A stretch of DNA of 61,406 nt, the filler included. It is 4 parts of 4 records of this genome, joined end to end, with 100 filler letters (N's around TTAATTAATTAA, not from the genome) between each part and the next. Parts side by side here need not be neighbours in the genome. Positions count along the whole stretch, not along the records: positions 22,182 to 42,859 come from DRR723986_7144; 3 more parts are not named here. One strand, 5' to 3'. Within the stretch, counting starts at the first letter, position 1; each line of letters starts with the position of its first letter. Positions 29,988 through 40,439 of this stretch are shown one piece after another. The position numbers were made by a program, and so were the translations under genes. A model generated the notes under the pieces. The model saw only the letters and a program-made list of their open reading frames with translations, ran no database searches and was not told the DNA's origin.

Positions 29988-32840
29988 ATGCCGACGTATA
30001 TTTTTAATGGTTTTTATTTTGAGACAGATGACAATAACCAAGCCTTAGATTTCGCGCTTGCCACCGTTGGGTTTGCTGTGCGCGACGGGCTGACCAGCTT
30101 TTCCTACCAATATGATGGCCCCCAGGTGCCCGATGATACCACGCCGATTGTGGCGAATAATTTGGGCAGCGATGTGTATAATCTTTCGCTGAACGGTGCG
30201 CCTTTGCTGGCGGGCGATGTGTTTATCGGCGTTTTGTCCTGGGAAATTGATGGCGTTGCCCAGTCGGGCGTGTTTTTGAATGTTGATGGCATCAGCCTAA
30301 CAGGTGGGCTGTTTGGCAACGGGCAGGCGGTTATTCAGTTGGGCGGCGACCCCCTGCCCAACCTGACAACCCTGGCCGAGTTTGCCGATTTTAACGCCAA
30401 TGCCGTAACCGGCTTTGTCGATGTGCCCGCCGGCACACCGGGCGCGGCAAACACGCCCATTGTGCTGGCTGATCTGCCTTTTGCCGAAATTGTGGACGAC
30501 GAATTTATCGGCCTGTTTGATACGCCCGCCAATATTGCCTCTGGCGCGGGCAATGACACTATTCAAACGCTTGATTTGAACGATACGGTCGATGCCGGTG
30601 CTGGCAATGATGTGATCCAGGACAGGGGCGGTGATAACCTTTTGCTGGGCGGGGCGGGCGAAGATTTCTTTGCGCTGTTCAAGCCTGGCAACAGCACCGT
30701 GGATGGCGGCGCTGATTTCGATGTTGCGGTCATCGGCGATGATCTGGTGCCTGCCTTGCAGGTGGTCTATGCTCCGGGCGGCGAAACAAATGCCGTGGCG
30801 CTGGGGCGTAACAGCAACAGCCTGCCCACTGCCGAATTTTTCCGCATCAATCTGCAAAGCATCGAGCGGGTTGAAACCGCCATGGAAATGGCCGAATTCG
30901 AATTTATCGGCAATGATGCAAACAACCGCGTCGGGTTTCGTATTGGGCCGGAATATTTCACCCTTGATGGTGGCGAGGGCAGCGACCGGCTGGATTTGAA
31001 CCGCATCGATTGGGATGAAGACGGCAGTTTTGCCGGTGCCACCTATGCCCAGTTTTTGGCCGAAGTGGGGGTGCGGCTGGCCGAAGGCTCGGCCGACACA
31101 TACGAGGTGTTCGAGCTGGCAACCAACACCGTTTATGGGACGATGCGCAATTTCGAGCAGATCCGTTTCGCAGATCAAACGGTTGATTTTGCAGGCGTCG
31201 TTGCCGATAGCGGCGCCTTTAACGGCCCGGTGGAAAACCTGTCGGTCACAGGCACCGATGGGGGCGATATTTTGCGCGGCGGCGCTGGCAACGACACGCT
31301 GCGCGGTTTGGCAGGCAACGATATTTTGCAAGGCCTGGGTGGCGACGATCTGCTAGAGGCGGGCTTGGGCGATGACACCCTAGAGGGTGGCAGCGGCAAC
31401 GATACGCTGAATGCGGGCGATGGTGGCGCTGCGGGGTATTTCGAAAAATACATCACCCCCGGTTTGGGTAACGATACGGTTGATTTTTCGGGCCTTGGCC
31501 AAGCGGGTGGGCTGGTGTGGGCAGCTTTGTTGCACAAAGACCTGACATCTGGCGTGACCATCACATTGGATGGCATCGCCAATACCGGGTTTGTTACGAA
31601 ATCTGAGGGCACAACCTCGCTTATCAACCCGAATGCGCCCTCGTTTTCTGATGGGCTTGCGCTGTTTGGCACTGCGTTTGCCGATACCTATAATGTGACT
31701 GTGGCCAATGGCGGCTGGCTGGCCCTTCGCCCTGGTGCCGGGGCCGACACGCTGAACATTGCCGATCATAGCGGCTTTTTGCGGCTGGAATTCAACGATG
31801 CGCCCGGGCCCAATGGCATATCGGTCGATCTGGCCAGCCGCAGCGTGATTGACGATGGGTTTGGCAATGCCGATGTGATCACTGGCACAGGCGCCATCAA
31901 CGAGCTGCGCGCCAGCAGCTATAATGATACCATCATTGGCAGCGATGCCGATGAATATTTCATCCTGCAATCGGGCACCGATGTGCTGGATGGCGGCGGC
32001 GGTATCGATACGTTGCGCCTCAATCGCAATGGCGTGGGTGATGCGGTTGTGAACCTTGCCGATGGGACCGCCAGCGGCACATGGGGGGGCAGCGCGTTTT
32101 CCTATAGCCTGTCGAATATCGAGCGGGTTTTCGGCTCGATCGATGGCACAAACACCTTGGTTGGTGATGGCGGCGATAACGTTTTGCAAGGTGGCAGCGG
32201 CAACGACACGATCGATGGCGGTGCCGGCAACGATGTGCTGAACGGCCTGCAAGGCGATGACAGCCTGCAAGGTGGCGCGGGCGACGATGAAATATATCTG
32301 GGCAATGGCAACAGCCAAATCGATGGCGGCGAGGGGTTCGATAGCGCCGTCGTCAGCAACCTGGCGCATTTGATCAAGGTTGATTTCACCACCGGCCCCA
32401 ACGGCGACCAGCTGCAAATCAGCGGCGAGGCCGCAGATGGCACCCAGCAGTTTGCCAGCAACCTGATCAACGTCGAGCGGGTCGAATTTGATAATGCCCG
32501 CGACACGGGCAATTTGCAGGTAACGGGCAACGCCCAAAACAACGTGCTGAAACTGCGCGATGGGCCGGCCAGCTTTGTTTTTGACGGGGGCGATGGCACC
32601 GACCGGCTGGAACTGCACCGCATCCGCAATTACGATGATCAGGGCAATTTCGTCGATACCGGCATCAGCTACGCGGATTTTCTGCAAGAAGTGCGCCTAT
32701 CGGGCACGGTGGCCGATTTGCAGCTGTTGGCCACAGACAATAACGAATTGGTCGGCACCCTGCGCAATGTCGAGGAATTCTGGATGGCCCCATATTTTGA
32801 CATACGAGCGCTGCTTTTCCGGTGGCATTTCCGGGTCTAG
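29988..32840 (+). CDS. Large RTX-repeat calcium-binding protein, probably C-terminally truncated (last about 19 aa read into the antisense of the next gene)
   Basis: Several GGxGxD clusters, repeated IERV motifs, no signal peptide; 144-nt convergent overlap with the phosphoesterase ORF. Confidence 0.8.
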   Translation: MPTYIFNGFYFETDDNNQALDFALATVGFAVRDGLTSFSYQYDGPQVPDDTTPIVANNLGSDVYNLSLNGAPLLAGDVFIGVLSWEIDGVAQSGVFLNVDGISLTGGLFGNGQAVIQLGGDPLPNLTTLAEFADFNANAVTGFVDVPAGTPGAANTPIVLADLPFAEIVDDEFIGLFDTPANIASGAGNDTIQTLDLNDTVDAGAGNDVIQDRGGDNLLLGGAGEDFFALFKPGNSTVDGGADFDVAVIGDDLVPALQVVYAPGGETNAVALGRNSNSLPTAEFFRINLQSIERVETAMEMAEFEFIGNDANNRVGFRIGPEYFTLDGGEGSDRLDLNRIDWDEDGSFAGATYAQFLAEVGVRLAEGSADTYEVFELATNTVYGTMRNFEQIRFADQTVDFAGVVADSGAFNGPVENLSVTGTDGGDILRGGAGNDTLRGLAGNDILQGLGGDDLLEAGLGDDTLEGGSGNDTLNAGDGGAAGYFEKYITPGLGNDTVDFSGLGQAGGLVWAALLHKDLTSGVTITLDGIANTGFVTKSEGTTSLINPNAPSFSDGLALFGTAFADTYNVTVANGGWLALRPGAGADTLNIADHSGFLRLEFNDAPGPNGISVDLASRSVIDDGFGNADVITGTGAINELRASSYNDTIIGSDADEYFILQSGTDVLDGGGGIDTLRLNRNGVGDAVVNLADGTASGTWGGSAFSYSLSNIERVFGSIDGTNTLVGDGGDNVLQGGSGNDTIDGGAGNDVLNGLQGDDSLQGGAGDDEIYLGNGNSQIDGGEGFDSAVVSNLAHLIKVDFTTGPNGDQLQISGEAADGTQQFASNLINVERVEFDNARDTGNLQVTGNAQNNVLKLRDGPASFVFDGGDGTDRLELHRIRNYDDQGNFVDTGISYADFLQEVRLSGTVADLQLLATDNNELVGTLRNVEEFWMAPYFDIRALLFRWHFRV

Positions 32841-33383
32841 CCCGGCGTGCACGCACACCATATTGCCGCTGCGCCACCACGAGGGCAGGCCTTTGACCCA
32901 ACTGATAATTTCTGCGGGCATGGCCTGTTCTAACGCATTGGCGATCTCGACAGAATCTTCGGCAGCCAGCGTTTTGGGCACACCGCGAATGCCATAGCTG
33001 GCCAGCGTTTCCAGCCCACCAAAACTAAGCCATCGGGCACCGCGCCCGGCAGGATCTTCGAAAAACTCGAGCATCATTTTTTCGTGGTTGCCCATCAGGC
33101 AAACCATGCCATCGCTATGCTCTTGCGACAGCGTAAAAAGCTGCTCTAGCACCGCTGCCGAATTGGGGCCGCGATCAATCATGTCGCCCAGCACCACCAA
33201 GGTTTCATCGCCCAACGCTGTGCTGTGCAGTTTTTCCATCAGCTGCGCCAATAATTTGTCGCAACCATGGATATCGCCAATGGCGAAAAAGGGTTTTTCC
33301 GGTGCCAAAACAGTGGTGTCGGGCATGGGGGTGCTGGGCACGGCCGTTTGCGGCGACAACCAATTTCGTAGTTTTCCAAGCAC
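32697..33383 (-). pseudogene. Metallophosphoesterase (Ser/Thr phosphatase-like), C-terminally truncated
   Basis: GDIHG, GDMIDRG, GNHE and VHAG present; terminal GHT and DTG motifs absent after WGHPEF. Confidence 0.7.
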
Positions 33384-33463
33384 CAGTGCAGACCTCGGTT
33401 TTAATCACGCCATCCGTTTGTGCGAAACTGTGCAACAGTCGCGCCAGATGGTCCAGCCATGGG

Positions 33464-34804
33464 TTAGCTGGCCAGTTCTATCGCGCTGCAAATATCGTCG
33501 ATGACAGCGCTTAGCGTGTCTGGGTCTTCGGCCTCGCCCATCACGCGGATCAGTGGCTCGGTGCCAGATTTACGGATCAGCAAGCGCCCCGCGCTGCCCA
33601 ATGTTTTCTCGCCGCGCGCGATGGCATTTTGCACATTGTCTTGCACCAGCGGGTCAAACCCGGCGGCAAAGCGCACATTCTGCAGCTTTTGCGGCACCGG
33701 CTGGAATACTTTTGTAAGCTGGCTTGCGGCGTGCCCGGTTTCCACCATCGATGCCAGCACCTGCAGCGCGGCAATCAGCCCATCGCCGGTTGTGGCATGA
33801 TCGGTCATCACCAAATGGCCCGATTGCTCGCCGCCCAGGTTAAAGCCATGTTGGCGCATGCATTCCACAACATAGCGATCGCCAACCGCGGTGCGCTTTA
33901 GTGCGATGCCATGATCGTTCAAATGGCGCTCTAGCCCTAGGTTGGTCATCACTGTTGCCACCAGCGTGTTATGGGCCAAACGCCCCTCGCGGGCCCAGCG
34001 GGTGGCAATCAGGCCCATCAGCTGGTCGCCATCAACAACGGTGCCGGTTTCATCCAGCAAGATCAGCCTGTCGGCATCGCCATCCAGGCAAATGCCCACA
34101 TGGGCGCCCGTTTCGCGCACTTTTGCTGCGGCGTGTTCAGGGTGGGTCGAGCCACAGTTTTGGTTAATATTCGTGCCGTTTGGTTCCACACCTACGCGGA
34201 TAACCTCGGCACCCAGTTCCCACAGCACGGTGGGGGCCACCTTATAGGCGGCACCATTTGCGCAATCGACCACCACTTTCAGCCCGTCCAGCCGCAAATT
34301 GCGCGGGAAGGTGGTTTTTGCATATTCCACATACCGCCCGCCCGCATCATCGATGCGTTTTGCGCGGCCAATATTTTCGGGGTGCGACAGGGTGATGTCG
34401 TGCTGCATGATCTGCTCAATCTCGGCCTCTGCAGCATCCGACAGCTTAAACCCATCAGGCCCAAAAAACTTGATCCCGTTGTCATGCGCAGGGTTGTGGC
34501 TGGCGGAAATCATCACCCCCACATCCGCCCGCATCGAGCGGGTCAAATAGCCCACAGCCGGTGTTGGCACGGGGCCCAGCAAAAACACGTTCATTCCGGT
34601 CGAGGTAAACCCAGCGGTCAGCGCATTTTCCAGCATATAGCCCGACAGGCGCGTATCTTTGCCAATCACCACGCGGTGTTCTTGGTGATCGCGCCGAAAA
34701 TACCGCCCAGCCGCCGAGGCCAGCCGTAAAACGGTTTCGGCGGTCATCGGGTGTGCATTGGCCCGGCCGCGAACGCCATCGGTTCCAAAAAGCTTGCGTG
34801 TCAT
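33464..34804 (-). CDS. glmM: Phosphoglucosamine mutase
   Basis: [43 protein letters not shown]. Confidence 0.96.
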   Translation of the reverse strand: MTRKLFGTDGVRGRANAHPMTAETVLRLASAAGRYFRRDHQEHRVVIGKDTRLSGYMLENALTAGFTSTGMNVFLLGPVPTPAVGYLTRSMRADVGVMISASHNPAHDNGIKFFGPDGFKLSDAAEAEIEQIMQHDITLSHPENIGRAKRIDDAGGRYVEYAKTTFPRNLRLDGLKVVVDCANGAAYKVAPTVLWELGAEVIRVGVEPNGTNINQNCGSTHPEHAAAKVRETGAHVGICLDGDADRLILLDETGTVVDGDQLMGLIATRWAREGRLAHNTLVATVMTNLGLERHLNDHGIALKRTAVGDRYVVECMRQHGFNLGGEQSGHLVMTDHATTGDGLIAALQVLASMVETGHAASQLTKVFQPVPQKLQNVRFAAGFDPLVQDNVQNAIARGEKTLGSAGRLLIRKSGTEPLIRVMGEAEDPDTLSAVIDDICSAIELAS

Positions 34805-35027
34805 GGGGTGCTTGTCCTCTGTCGCAACTGACCCGCATGTATTGCTTTGGGCTGGTTTTGTCTACCAGGGGGAAATTTGCCCGTTTTGCCGCGCTTTTTT
34901 CCGCCGATCGGGGCAATTGTGCAGCTTGGCACCAGATATAAAATTATCTCAGAAAATTTGGCATGAATGTTTGATTCTTCTTACAGACATGGGGTAACCA
35001 GTGTCTAAGTAAGACGGAGCCGCTACC

Positions 35028-37163
35028 GTGCTATTTCATCAAAGATCTCTGGCGTGGCCGATGGCGCGCAAGGGCTCTGTTGTTTTTATTGTTTCGTGTC
35101 TCGCAACATGGGTTCAGGCGAACCCTGCAGGATATACCTATTCGTCTTATGGTACCCCCGGCCTGATTGATATGCCCACCGCCGAGGTGGCAGAAGATGC
35201 AGAATTGGGCGTAACCTACAGCAGTTCCGCCGCGGCAAACCGGGCCACGCTGACATTTCAGCTGGCGCCGCGCCTGTCAGGTTCATTTCGATACAGCATG
35301 ATCGAAAACTGGTCAGCGGGCGGCGCGCTTTATGACCGCTCGTTCGATCTGCGCTATCAGCTGGTTGACGAACGCGCCGTTATGCCCGCGGTTGCCGTAG
35401 GGTTTCAAGATTTTATCGGCACCGGCGTTTATTCGGGCGAATATATCGCCGCCACCAAACATTTCGGCAGCGCGCTGGCGGTTACTGCTGGTATGGGCTG
35501 GGGGCGTTTGGGCAGCTACAAAGGCTTTAAAAACCCCCTGGGCGCCTTGGATCGCCGGTTTGAAACCCGCCCAACAAGCCGCGCTGCGACAGGCGGCCAG
35601 ATCGAAAGCGCAAAATGGTTTCGTGGCGATGCGGCCCTGTTTGGCGGTATTGCGTGGCGCGCCACCGACAAGCTGACGCTAAAGGCGGAATATTCCTCTG
35701 ATGCTTATACACGCGAAACCGGCGCGGCGGGGCTGTTTCAGCATAAAACGCCGCTGAATTTCGGTATCGATTACGCCTATCGCCCCGATCTGCATCTGCA
35801 GGCCTATGCGCTGCATGGCTCGGCTATTGGGTTTAACCTGAACATGCGCATCAACCCGCGCAAGCCCGCGGTGTATGGCGGAACAGCAGGCGCGCCTTTG
35901 CCGGTTATGCCGCGGGCGGCGGGCGCCAGTGCTGATCTGGGCTGGGTCACCGATGCCGATCAGGCCCCCGCTATCCGCCAACGCCTGGCCGATTTGCTGG
36001 CGCGCGATGGCATGCAGCTTGAGGGGCTTGCCCTGGCCCCAACCACAGCCACCGTGCATATTCGCGTGCAACGTTATTTGAACCGCCCACAGGCCATTGG
36101 CCGCACAGCCCGCATTTTAACCTATGTTTTGCCAGCCTCGGTGGAAACCTTGCGCATTGTGCCTGTGGAAAATGGCATGCCCACCGCCGCTGTTACCCTG
36201 CAGCGCACCCATGTCGAACAGTTCGAGCACGACCCAGATGGCGCATGGCGCATGTTTGCCACCGCAGATATCGGCGATGGCACCGCCGATGCCGCCGCAG
36301 CCACCCCTGTGCCCGGGCTTTACCCGCGTTTGCGCTGGTCTTTGGGCCCCAGCGTGAAAGGCAGCTTGTTCGATCCTGATAATCCTGTGCGTTTAGATCT
36401 GAATGCCGGCTTGCTGGCCGCCTATGATATTGCGCCGGGTTTAACCCTGTCGGGGCAGCTGCAGCACCGCTTGGTTGGCAACCGCAACGAAAGCAGCCGC
36501 TTCGATCCGTCGGCCCTGCCGCGCGTGCGCTCGGATGCCAATATATATAACAAGGCCGATACGGCCCTGTCTGACCTGACGCTGGGCTATTATTTCCGCC
36601 CCGGCGAGGCGCTTTATGGCCGGGTGACTGTGGGCTATCTGGAAAGCATGTATGCCGGCCTTTCGACCGAGGTTTTGTGGAAGCCCGTCAACAGCCGCTT
36701 TGCCCTGGGCGCCGAGGTAAACCGCCTGCGCCAACGCGATTTCGGCCAAGATCTGGGCCTGCGCGCCTATCAGGTTACCACCGGCCACCTGTCGGCCTAT
36801 TACGATTGGGGCCGGGGCTATCATACCCAGCTGGATCTGGGCCGCTATCTGGCCGGCGATTGGGGCGGCACCTTGCGGCTGGACCGCGAGTTTGCCAATG
36901 GCTGGCGCGTGGGGGCCTATGCCACGTTGACCGATGTCAGCGCCAGCGAATTTGGCGAAGGCTCGTTTGACAAAGGCATTATGGTCACAATCCCGCTGGA
37001 TCATGTGTTTGGCCGCCCTGTTGGGCGCAAGACCGAGGCGCTTTTGCAGCCGATCCTGCGCGATGGCGGCGCGCGGGTAAAGGTGGATGGGCGGCTTTAT
37101 GAAAAGGTGCGCAGCTATCACCAGCCCGAGATGCGCAAACAATGGGGGCGGTTCTGGCGATGA
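35028..37163 (+). CDS. YjbH/GfcD-family outer-membrane polysaccharide protein
   Basis: YGTPGLIDMPTA, DRSFD, GRYLAGDWG, FGEGSFDKG; exact start uncertain (35028 GTG or 35061 ATG). Confidence 0.9.
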   Translation: MLFHQRSLAWPMARKGSVVFIVSCLATWVQANPAGYTYSSYGTPGLIDMPTAEVAEDAELGVTYSSSAAANRATLTFQLAPRLSGSFRYSMIENWSAGGALYDRSFDLRYQLVDERAVMPAVAVGFQDFIGTGVYSGEYIAATKHFGSALAVTAGMGWGRLGSYKGFKNPLGALDRRFETRPTSRAATGGQIESAKWFRGDAALFGGIAWRATDKLTLKAEYSSDAYTRETGAAGLFQHKTPLNFGIDYAYRPDLHLQAYALHGSAIGFNLNMRINPRKPAVYGGTAGAPLPVMPRAAGASADLGWVTDADQAPAIRQRLADLLARDGMQLEGLALAPTTATVHIRVQRYLNRPQAIGRTARILTYVLPASVETLRIVPVENGMPTAAVTLQRTHVEQFEHDPDGAWRMFATADIGDGTADAAAATPVPGLYPRLRWSLGPSVKGSLFDPDNPVRLDLNAGLLAAYDIAPGLTLSGQLQHRLVGNRNESSRFDPSALPRVRSDANIYNKADTALSDLTLGYYFRPGEALYGRVTVGYLESMYAGLSTEVLWKPVNSRFALGAEVNRLRQRDFGQDLGLRAYQVTTGHLSAYYDWGRGYHTQLDLGRYLAGDWGGTLRLDREFANGWRVGAYATLTDVSASEFGEGSFDKGIMVTIPLDHVFGRPVGRKTEALLQPILRDGGARVKVDGRLYEKVRSYHQPEMRKQWGRFWR

Positions 37164-37804
37164 CACTGGCACGGCATATCCCGAAACTTGCCGCCTGCGT
37201 GCTGCTGGCCACATTGGCCGCTTGTGGCAATGACCCCACAACCGCCAGCCCTGGTTTGGCCAGCCTCCAGCAAAGCGTTGCCGGGCTTTTCAAACCGGCC
37301 CAGCCCCGGCCCACTGCCGCGCAAATACGCGCAGCCGTAACACCGCAGGTGCGCCAACAATTGGGCGGTGCCACATTGGCCGTGACCGAAATGCCCGAAA
37401 CCGGGCAGGCGGCGCTGGTTTATGCCATTGGGCGCAACGGCGATGTCATCACCTATAGCACCTTGGATAACGTCACCTTTGCGTATCAGCGTGGGGTCTT
37501 GGTGGGCACGCGCGGCCTGGGGTTTGACCTGATCAGCGCCGATGTGGGCGATGTGCAGCGTGCCCTGCGCCAAGGCGGGCGGGCTGTGCGTGTGCATCGC
37601 TATCTTGATGGGGAAGACGCGCTGCAAATTCGCAGTTTCATTTGCGATATCACCGCCACAAACCCCGCGCGGGAAATCTGCCAGGGGCAGGATACGCGCT
37701 TTGAAAATGAATACCAGTTCGATGCCGGTGGGCGTGTGATACGCTCGCGCCAATGGGTTGGCCCCGAGCGGCACTATCTTATCACACAGCAGCTGGACGA
37801 ATGA
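37160..37804 (+). CDS. YjbF/GfcB-family lipoprotein
   Basis: Lipobox LAAC, GVLVGTRGLGFDL, FENEY, SRQWVG; ATGA overlap with yjbH. Confidence 0.85.
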   Translation: MTLARHIPKLAACVLLATLAACGNDPTTASPGLASLQQSVAGLFKPAQPRPTAAQIRAAVTPQVRQQLGGATLAVTEMPETGQAALVYAIGRNGDVITYSTLDNVTFAYQRGVLVGTRGLGFDLISADVGDVQRALRQGGRAVRVHRYLDGEDALQIRSFICDITATNPAREICQGQDTRFENEYQFDAGGRVIRSRQWVGPERHYLITQQLDE

Positions 37805-37883
37805 GCGCGTTCAGCCAAACACCTTTGGCATGTGAGCCGCGTTTTGGGCCGCCCGCCATGAAGACAGGGAAGCGAGTTTGGGA

Positions 37884-39221
37884 ATGAAGATGATGAAAAG
37901 CCTGATTGCCGCAATGGCCCTTGGTGCATTGGTTGGGTGTGGCACAGCCTATGTGCCCTCGCGCGTGTCCGAGGCGGGTGGCAAAGTGCGCGTTGTGCCG
38001 CTGAATGCTGAAACCGTTCTGGCCGCCAACCGGTCGACCTACACGCCCAAAACACTGCCTGCCGTGTTCTTCCAAACCTCTGCAGATACGGCCGCTGGCC
38101 GCGGAATTGGCGCCGCGCCCGATGCCGTATTTGACCCGCAAAACAAACCGGCCAGCCTGCCCATGCGCGTGCCGCCCGCGGTGGCTAATGCGCCCTATGA
38201 AATTGGGGTGGGCGATGTGCTGCTTTTGGCCACCCGCGGTGCATCGAGCACCGTAGAAGAGCTAAGCGGCCTGTTGGCGGCACAAAGCCGGCGCCAAGGC
38301 TACACGGTGCAAGATGATGGCGCCATCGCCATCCCCGATGTGGGCCGGGTGCAAGTGGCTGGCATGACCTTGGAAGAGGCCGAGGCGGCCCTGTTCCAAC
38401 GCCTGCTGGAAAGCCAGATTGACCCGACATTCAGCCTGGAAATCGCCGAGTTCAATTCCAAACGCGTCTCGATCGGTGGGGCGGTCGGCAACCCAACGGT
38501 GCTGCCTGTGGGCCTGTTGCCGGTGACGCTGGATCAGGCGCTGACCTCGGTGGGGGGTGTCACGAGCCCCGATGTTGATTATGCCTCGATCCGCATTTAC
38601 CGCGATGGCACGCTGTATCAGATCCCGCTGCGCAACTATCTGGAAACGCCTTCGCTGCAGAAAACCCGGCTGCTTGGCGGTGATGCGGTCTATGTCGATA
38701 CCGAATTTGATCTGACACGCGCGCAATCGTATTTCAGCGAGCAGCTATCGCTTATTCAGTTCCGCCAGTCATCGCGCAGCCAGGCCCGCGCTGAATTGCA
38801 AAGCGCCATGGCCGAGGCGCGCAGCAATTTTCAGGCTCAGGCCCAGTTTGATGCGGTCGATCGCGATTATGTCTATCTGACCGGCGAGGTGAAAACCCCC
38901 AGCCGCTTTGCCCTGCCCATGGGGCGCACCGCCAGTTTGGCTGACGCGCTTTACGAACAGGGTGGTTTTGCCAGCGAAAAGGCCAACCCCGCCCAGATTT
39001 ACGTGCTGCGCGGCTCGGATAACCCGGCCGAGATGGACGCTGTCACCGCCTTTCACCTGAATGCGCGCGAGGCGGCCAATTTTGTGCTGGCCACCCGCAT
39101 GCAGCTGCGCCCCAATGACGTGATTTTCGTGGCCGAGCAGCCCATCACCAAATGGAACCGCTTTATCCAGCAGCTGACGCCTTCGATCATCACCACAACG
39201 GTATCGGCTGTTAACAACTGA
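37884..39221 (+). CDS. Polysaccharide export lipoprotein (Wza/GfcE-like)
   Basis: Lipobox LVGC, YEIGVGD, GAIAIPDVGRVQVAG, SLBB domains, LRPNDVIFV..PITKWNR. Confidence 0.9.
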   Translation: MKMMKSLIAAMALGALVGCGTAYVPSRVSEAGGKVRVVPLNAETVLAANRSTYTPKTLPAVFFQTSADTAAGRGIGAAPDAVFDPQNKPASLPMRVPPAVANAPYEIGVGDVLLLATRGASSTVEELSGLLAAQSRRQGYTVQDDGAIAIPDVGRVQVAGMTLEEAEAALFQRLLESQIDPTFSLEIAEFNSKRVSIGGAVGNPTVLPVGLLPVTLDQALTSVGGVTSPDVDYASIRIYRDGTLYQIPLRNYLETPSLQKTRLLGGDAVYVDTEFDLTRAQSYFSEQLSLIQFRQSSRSQARAELQSAMAEARSNFQAQAQFDAVDRDYVYLTGEVKTPSRFALPMGRTASLADALYEQGGFASEKANPAQIYVLRGSDNPAEMDAVTAFHLNAREAANFVLATRMQLRPNDVIFVAEQPITKWNRFIQQLTPSIITTTVSAVNN

Positions 39222-39231
39222 GTTGATGAAT

Positions 39232-39272
39232 AAAAAGGGGCGCGCCGGCAGTGCTGGCGCGCCCCTTTTTTT
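39232..39272. terminator. Bidirectional intrinsic terminator
   Basis: AAAAAGGGGCGCGCCGGC..GCTGGCGCGCCCCTTTTTTT between convergent wza and msrA. Confidence 0.88.
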
Positions 39273-39280
39273 GTGGCTGG

Positions 39281-39790
39281 TTATTCCGCTGCGCTGCGTT
39301 TGGGCAGCACCCAATCGGGGCGGGGGAAATGGCAGGTATAGCCATTGGGCAGGCGCTGCAGATAGTCTTGGTGTTCAGGTTCTGCTTGCCAAAAATCGCC
39401 CACCGGTTCCACCTCGGTAACTACTTTGCCCGGCCATAGCCCGCTGGCATCGACATCTGCAATCGTATCCAGCGCCACCTGTTTTTGTGCCTCGCTCGCA
39501 TAATAAATGGCGCTGCGGTAGCTTAGCCCAATGTCATTGCCCTGCCGGTTTGGCGTGCTTGGGTCATGGATTTGAAAGAAAAATTCCAAGATCTGGCGAT
39601 AGCTGATGCGCGCGGGATCAAAGAAAATCTCGATCCCTTCGGCATGGGTGCCATGATTGCGATAGGTGGCATTGGGCACATCGCCGCCGGTATAGCCCAC
39701 GCGCGTGCGCAACACACCCGGCAGTTTGCGGATCAGCTCTTGCATGCCCCAAAAACAGCCCCCCGCCAGAACGGCGCGTTCTTCTGTCAT
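39281..39790 (-). CDS. msrA: Peptide-methionine (S)-S-oxide reductase
   Basis: [30 protein letters not shown]. Confidence 0.96.
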   Translation of the reverse strand: MTEERAVLAGGCFWGMQELIRKLPGVLRTRVGYTGGDVPNATYRNHGTHAEGIEIFFDPARISYRQILEFFFQIHDPSTPNRQGNDIGLSYRSAIYYASEAQKQVALDTIADVDASGLWPGKVVTEVEPVGDFWQAEPEHQDYLQRLPNGYTCHFPRPDWVLPKRSAAE

Positions 39791-40236
39791 TCGATTTCCT
39801 CCACTTGGGGTAAATAGGCGCCATAGCCCTCGTCTGGCATGTCGTCGCGGTGAACAAACCGCAGCGATGCGGAATTGATACAGTAGCGCAGGCCGCCCCG
39901 GTCGCGTGGGCCATCGGGGAACACATGGCCCAAATGGCTGTCACCATGGCGCGAGCGCACCTCGACGCGCAGCATGCCGTGGCTGGTATCTTGTAGCTCG
40001 ACCACGTTTTCAGGCTCGATCGGCTTTACAAAGCTGGGCCAGCCGCAGCCAGATTCGTATTTGGCCGACGAGGCAAACAGCGGTTCGCCCGAAACGATAT
40101 CGACGTAAATGCCCGGCTCTTTGTTATACAAATATTTGCCCGTGCCGGGGCGTTCTGTGCCGCTTTCCTGCGTCACCCAATATTCTTCGGGCGATAGGGC
40201 GGCAATGGCATCTGGGGTTTTGGCATAGGTTGGCAT
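39787..40236 (-). CDS. msrB: Peptide-methionine (R)-S-oxide reductase
   Basis: [33 protein letters not shown] overlap with msrA. Confidence 0.96.
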   Translation of the reverse strand: MPTYAKTPDAIAALSPEEYWVTQESGTERPGTGKYLYNKEPGIYVDIVSGEPLFASSAKYESGCGWPSFVKPIEPENVVELQDTSHGMLRVEVRSRHGDSHLGHVFPDGPRDRGGLRYCINSASLRFVHRDDMPDEGYGAYLPQVEEIE

Positions 40237-40265
40237 GGCGTCTCCTTTGGCCGTCTTGCTGCTAT

Positions 40266-40292
40266 AAATGGGGCTTTTTGCGGGCTTGCAAA
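40266..40292 (-). promoter_or_regulatory. Putative RpoH (sigma32-type) promoter of msrB-msrA
   Basis: Minus strand TTTGCA-N13-CCCCATTT, 30 nt before the msrB ATG, with a GGAG RBS in between. Confidence 0.65.
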
Positions 40293-40439
40293 GCGGTTTT
40301 TGGTAAAATTTACCGCACCCGAATGTGCAGCACACAGGCCACGCCTGCCATAGAATGCACGCACCGCCCGGCAATGCCCCTTTCGCTTTGGTGCAGCGGG
40401 GCTATTCTGGCGCCCAGTTTGGTAAAAGGTTGGCCCATT

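Noticed and set aside
30297-32687. Long antisense ORFs (also 49457-50770, 59179-60426, 10471-11565 and others)
   Set aside because: Shadows of real genes in GC-rich DNA, with no motifs or RBS
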